Shown: piece after piece, positions 58,171-64,000 of the stretch
Position numbering within the stretch: position 1 is the stretch's first letter
Layout of the letters: every line of letters starts with the position of its first letter
Assembly (NCBI RefSeq): GCF_030686945.1
Contig: NW_027122708.1
Location: forward strand, 5,802,248 to 5,866,247
DNA length: 64,000 nt
Source: Centruroides vittatus
Taxonomy: Eukaryota
Reading direction: 5' to 3'
Position numbers and translations under genes: made by a program
The notes under the pieces: generated by a model
Databases searched by the model: none
The model's input: only the letters and a program-made list of their open reading frames with translations
What the model was told of the DNA's origin: nothing

Positions 58171-61100
58171 TGAGTCCGAACGTTATTTTTATTTTATTAT
58201 TATTTCTGTTTTATTATCTTTTGTTTGGGGTTTATGTTTATTTAGGACAAAGGTTCCCCACCACTCTCTTGTTAGTAATGAAAAATGAAGATAAAACAAC
58301 TCACGGAGAAATAAGCGCCATAGACAACATCTTGCGCGCTTGCGCTGCCCGGCGGAAGTAACAGTCCGCAGAGAAAAAAAAATGGAGGGGGAGTCCCCAC
58401 AATCACTAGTAGAGAAATACTTGATAAACCGTCTTAAACATCCCAGAAAATTATGATAAATATTTTGTAAACGGTTTATAAGCTTTGTCGGAAACTTAAA
58501 GCTGCCAGAAAAGAAAGTTAATGTTAGCAACTAAGTATGTAAATAAGGGGAGTAACCCAGCTCAAGTGTGACGTCACCTCACAGTATAAAACCTTAACCT
58601 AACACAGTATAAACCCTTTCGGTGCATGCTTAAAAGCCCAGGCCTGGCAAACTAATCTCAAATCCGCATAAAGTACCAGTTAGGTTAACGGAAGTTTTAC
58701 CGACCGTAATTATAGTCGGTTTCCTAAGCTACTAAAAAAATAGTACTTTACAACCCACTACACTCAACATAATGATGATAATAAAGAAACAAACTATCGT
58801 TTTCTCCCTCTAATTAAACTTTAGCTAGAGAGAAATAAGAGCTGAAATAGGTTTCTCTTAAAAAAAGTAGATGAAAAATAGTTAAACAGCAATAAGCAGA
58901 TATATTGACTTTACATTTAAGTAACAGTAAGTTAAATATCTGTTACTCAATATAAATTCATCATGCCTTATTTATTTTAAAATTTTTCATAAAATAATTT
59001 TAAAGAATAACAATATAATTCTCACCTTAATAATTGATCACTGAAACCATGCAGAAATACATCATTTGGATGCTGAGACTGTTTCTTTTCATCAAAACTA
59101 TAAATAAAATTGTTGCAGATTAATTTAATTTACAAAAATAAACAAAATAATCAATAACATATTTGGCAACATTCGACCCAAAGAGCAGGCAGGTTTAGAA
59201 GCAATTTTAGTAATTTTCTAGACCACATTCACAGATTAAAATAACTGATAGAAAAACCAAATAAAATGTAATAAACCTCTCTTCTTGGCTTTTATCATTT
59301 ATGAGAAAGCTTTTTGACCCCATTAAGAAATTTGCTATATTAAAAATATTATAAAATTAGGGTATCCATAAGACCTACATATACATACTCAAATTTATAC
59401 ACACCTATGCAACTTCATGGCAATAGTAATTGTGGCAAATATATATTTTTCAGATATTTGCATTTTATACATCATTTTTATCACTATTTGATGAAATCAT
59501 TATTATTATTTCATATCAATCAAAAATAAATTAGAAAAAGTTATTTCAAGCTATATTTTTACATATAAATATGTAATCATTGGATTATTATTTTTTTATT
59601 CTGATGGCAGCTTTATTTTTCCATTGAAGAATAATTAAATGTAGCTATAATAACCAACACTAAATTTTTAAGCTTATTACTTGATTTAATTATATGATTT
59701 ACTATATAAAAATTATATTTTAATATTTTTATATATAATTTAATATTTAAAAAATTAATCAAATTGTAATCTTTATTAACATGATAACCAACCCTGTTAT
59801 GCAATTATAAATAATTTATTTAATACAAATATATTTTTTCTTCTTTACTTTTCAAATAGTTCTGCTTCCTATTAAAATTTTTCACAAAATGATACGTCCT
59901 ATCCATAGGTTCTTCACATTCACATACTGTATGCTTTTAATGAGTAATTTTCTCAATAAAAATGACCAAACTCCTTTTAATTTAAAATAGCTATTACTGA
60001 TCTGAAAATGCAGATACTCAAAAATATTGAGTCTCACCTATACCATTCTTCTTTTCTAATAAAAAAAATAGTTGTTTTATACAAATAATTATTGGTAGTT
60101 CTTGTGAAAAAAACAAAATATTTAGACTTGTATATGAAATTTTAAACTTTTGCAAAATTTTCCATTAACAGTTTTTCTCTTATATAATTCTGATTCTCCA
60201 CACAATAGTACTGGTAACAGTTTAAACTTGTTTGATATTATTTCTATCTTATAATATAATTCATTCAATTATGTATCTTTACATTTTCATTATAACAACT
60301 TACCAAATATCCAAATAATTCTTTCATCAATATATTTACACTTTTAGCTACATAATATAAAAATTGAATAATTCAATCATTATATTACATTAATTATCTA
60401 ATCTGTTAATTTTATGACAAGATACATATCCCTGTATATGGCATTTCAAATAAAACAATATGCTCACAGACATTATCTAAACTGTTTCTAATTTATCTAT
60501 CTAATCTCTTACTATAATCAGAGCTACATACAAAACAGATCCCAATATTACTGTATGAAACAGTTAAACATTAATTATTTTATTAGTACTAACTAATACT
60601 CAAAAGTGTATTAAGACAAATATTTTTGAATTATATGGAATTCAACTTCTGATAATTAATGTTTCATTCAGAGTTAAACAGTTTATTTTCATATGATGAC
60701 ACAATAAACAATTTACATATTTTAAATGTATTTATTTTTCAGCATGTTTTATTATTATTTTTTAAATGTGCATTTGTGCAAATCTAAGATTTTTAGAATT
60801 TATTTTTTTCTACAAAGTAGTGTTCTGAAGCTGAATTCTTTACAGTGAAAAACATCTTAAAATTCTTAATAAATTCTTTTAGATTTGAAAAAAGCCTGTG
60901 ATTATTTCACTTGTTGAAGCAGATGGCAATATATTTTTTTAAATTTTTACACAAATTTCATTACAGAAATATATTTTAAAAAAAAAACCTCAATTTTTCA
61001 TAAGAATTTGTTTTGACTTTTATTATGATTATATAAATAATAATATTTTTAAATATTAACTTATTAACTTTGACTATTTTATACTCATCATTTCATTATA

Positions 61101-63600
61101 TAAGGAGATTATATGATACTTTTAATGTTTGAAAGAAATTTTCAGTGAAACAAAATATATTCATTTTATAATTATATCAAATTATAATATCACTGCACAC
61201 ACAAAATTCATTTTTTCATAATATACATATATATAAAATGAGAAAATTTTGGATTTTTATAAAAGTTTTATGATAAAATGGGTGAATTTAAAATTATGAA
61301 CAAACCAAAAGAAATTTTTAAATGATTGTGTAAAGAAAATATATAAATAAAAATCTTTTATTTAAATACTTTTTCTGAAATGCTTAGATAGCATAATAAC
61401 AAAAATTGTTACAATATAATTACTGTATTAAAAAATTTTGATTTGAATTTAATTTTTCAGTTTGATTCTTGAAAGTTCTATATACTGTTATTGAATAAAA
61501 AATTAACCAAAAACAATTTTTTTGAATATTTTTTTATTCTAAATAAAACGTATAAAATATCAGTTATTTATTAATCTATAATAGTATTCATATAAACAAG
61601 TAATGTTAATTATTTCAAAGAAATACTTTTTATATTAATTAATAAATGATATAATTTTTAAAATCAAAACTGACATATATTTATTATATATTGTGTATAA
61701 AATTATTTTACCTGTTTTGATTTCCTGTTAAATCGACTTCAACGTGTAGTGCATTTTTATTTACAGTATTTCTGTATTTTTTCATAAAATCTTTTAAAAT
61801 ACTTGATGGAAGTGTAGACTCAAAATTATTTCCAGATGTCAGAAATATAATATTATCAAACTGAAATTGAATTTTTAAATTATACGTAAGAAAACTTAGG
61901 CATTCAACAAATTTAAGTTAAATACACTACATAATTAGTAATTTTTTATAATTTGGAAAATTATATAAAATTAAAATATTCTTATTGAATCATTTAATAT
62001 CCTACAGATATAAAAATAACAAGATAAAACAAAAAATAAAAATGTTTAATTCTGTTTTATTTTTAAAATAAATAATACTGAAACCTTGTATGGATTTAGC
62101 ATCTTTACTATGTAAATCTTGTAAATGCATTTTATATATAGATAGTATTTCATAAATATCTGTATTATTGCTTTGCAATACAGATGTGGAGTACATTATA
62201 ATTTTTTTATATAAACAATATTAATTTTATATATAATTGTAAATAATGTAATTATATATTAACATAGTTTCGGTCACATAAATAGAGTTTTAGTACTAAA
62301 ACTAAAACTTTACATATATAATGATTAGACACTGATAAATGTTACTATTGGTACACAAATTTCTAATCTCTGAGCTGACAGGACTAAAAAAAAATTAGCT
62401 TAGAAATTTGTATACTGGTAATCCTTGGGTTAGGTTAGATAATAATTTGTGGAGCCTCTAAATATTTAGAGCTCTAAATACTTTTCAGTTTACTCTTAGA
62501 AAGTAGTAAAGGTATAATTTGTTAATTTACAAATGAATGATTTATCATCATCCTTCAAATTTTTATTAAAATCATATAATGAAGCTTTCTACATTTTAAA
62601 AATTATTACCCAAAATCTAATATTTTATCATTTATATATTCTATTAGTTAATTTTACAATATTTTTTCTAAATAATTCTTTAAACAATATTAAACAAATT
62701 TTTTAATATACATAAAAATGATTTAATTTAGCTTTTATTTTAATATATAAATTATCAGAAATAAAATTAAAAATTTAATTAAACAATTTTAAATTTTTCA
62801 TTAAATTTAACTTAAAATTTTCAATATGCATTATAAATTTTAATGCTTTAAACAACCAATTAGTTCCCAAATCATTTAAATTATATTTAGAATGATGCAC
62901 TATCAAAAACAATTTTAAAATACTATAAAATATTATAATAATAATCTTATTTAAGCCTATGTTGATGTAAATATAAAACTGTATATGTAAGAGAAATAAA
63001 AAAAACTTAATTATCAGTTTGTTCGGATTATTCATTCATCAATAAATAGCATTTTACAATCTTTGCATTTTAGAGGCTTCACAATTGAAAGGTTTCGTTA
63101 CTGCCGTTCTAGTTAAATTAATTATATTTTTGTCAAGAAAGCATATGAATAAAGTAAAATATAGATGAATACAAAACTCTGACAAGAACAGATTTTAAGT
63201 TGCTTTGATAATTTTTATACACATTGATAATGTTATTTTTTTATGATTTTAGTTTGAATGGAAAGTAAGATTCATTAAAGTATAAAATTACTAATTAAAG
63301 ACTGAAGGTAAGTAACAGCTTTCTTAAAAATAATAGATTATATAAAAGATTTATTCAATGAAAATAATTACTTAATAGTTTATTTTTTTTAATTTTATTA
63401 TAATATTTCTACTTTTAGTTTTGTTTTTAAAACTCATACAAATGTCATAAAAAGCATAAAATATTTCCAGATAGGGACAGAATATATTAAAAATTACAGA
63501 AAGTTATAATAGCTAACTTAATATATAATTAAACAAATTCAATTGTTTACTATTTTTGGTAAATTCTCCATGTGAAAAATACTTTACATTCTTTTTCAGA

Positions 63601-64000
63601 TGGACCTACCTAAATTCACACCAATAGTATTTTTTATTTTGAGTGTTAGCTATTCAGATGACATTCAGCATCCTCCTTGTAATTTCAATCCTTTATGTAC
63701 TTGTGCAAAAGCTGGACCAAATCCTAATCTAGTAAACTGCCATCAAGTACCATTAATAAGTCTACCTCAAGAATTATACAATAAAACATTATATATTCTT
63801 AGTCTTAAGTACAATGGATTAAGAATCTTAGATGAAAATAGATATTTTGAAAAAAGCTTGTGGAGATTAGAAATCCAAAATAATTTACTGACTAACATAC
63901 CAAAAAAGCTATTTTTTGGTGTAGGAAAGACGCTTCGAGAATTATATCTAAGTTATAATGAAATTTTTCAAATCCCTAGAGAAGCATTAATAAGTTTAGA
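63601..64000 (+). CDS. Secreted or transmembrane leucine-rich-repeat protein, first coding exon (signal peptide, LRRNT, and about 3 LRRs); continues beyond the window
   Basis: The translation reads MDLPKFTPIVFFILSVSYSDDIQHPPCNFNPLCTCAKAGPNPNLVNCHQVPLISLPQELYNKTLYILSLKYNGLRILDENRYFEKSLWRLEIQNNLLTNIPKKLFFGVGKTLRELYLSYNEIFQIPREALISL. It has a hydrophobic N-terminus, the LRRNT pattern C..NP..C.C......V.C, and repeats matching L..L.L..N.L..IP. The ATG is immediately preceded by TTCTTTTTCAG, a likely acceptor for a 5'-UTR intron. A candidate donor lies at 63306 (AAG|GTAAGT). The ORF is open to the window end. Confidence 0.6.

Noticed and set aside
1-64000. A prokaryotic-style defence island or novel system (CRISPR array, toxin-antitoxin, restriction-modification, phage genes)
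   Set aside because: The sequence is clearly eukaryotic. It has spliceosomal introns with GT..AG, poly(A) tails, microsatellites, and Tc1, mariner, pogo, hAT and Merlin elements with TA or 8-bp TSDs. It also has LINE and LTR retroelements and genes for CDK1, DEAD-box and LRR proteins. There are no dense co-oriented ORFs or Shine-Dalgarno-like spacing. All repeated sequences are TIRs or palindromes, not regularly spaced repeat-spacer arrays.

Overview
This window is eukaryotic nuclear DNA, most likely from an invertebrate metazoan, and it is dominated by transposable-element remnants. It is not prokaryotic, so I found no operons, CRISPR array, or defence-island architecture. The base composition is about 30% GC, with long AT-rich tracts.

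The reasons for calling it eukaryotic are:
- spliceosomal introns with GT..AG boundaries;
- poly(A) tails and microsatellites;
- TA target-site duplications flanking Tc1/mariner/pogo-type inverted repeats.

Only two plausible host genes are visible, and both run off the window edges:
- a DUF4062 (NWD1-like N-terminal domain) gene on the minus strand at 197-689, with a 76-nt intron;
- the start of a secreted leucine-rich-repeat protein on the plus strand at 63601-64000.

The rest is a nested mosaic of degenerate mobile elements:
- mariner, Tc1 and Tigger/pogo fragments and MITEs;
- an intron-containing Merlin/IS1595-like transposon with a matching short MITE derivative;
- a hAT-like non-autonomous family in three copies;
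- LTR-retrotransposon pol remnants and an R1/jockey-like LINE remnant;
- three 3' fragments of an R2-type (restriction-like-endonuclease) LINE;
- a Penelope-like GIY-YIG fragment.

The observations most worth a second look are:
1. An in-frame chimera of an intronless CDK1-like fragment fused to LTR-retrotransposon pol. It is present twice, and both copies share the same TGA stop. A DEAD-box helicase C-terminal fragment lies just downstream in the same orientation.
2. A roughly 9.4 kb foldback palindrome (20690-30062) whose arms carry three independent nested insertions, including the 5.4 kb Merlin element with 38-bp TIRs and an 8-bp TSD.
3. A hAT-like family with perfect 8-bp TSDs whose three diverged copies all keep an ~84-aa ORF open.
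4. A GIY-YIG endonuclease fragment enclosed by perfect 56-bp inverted repeats.
5. Several pre-miRNA-like hairpins.

All homology calls come from reading motifs in the translations by eye. None has been confirmed by a database search. Coordinates of element boundaries are approximate to within a few bp.
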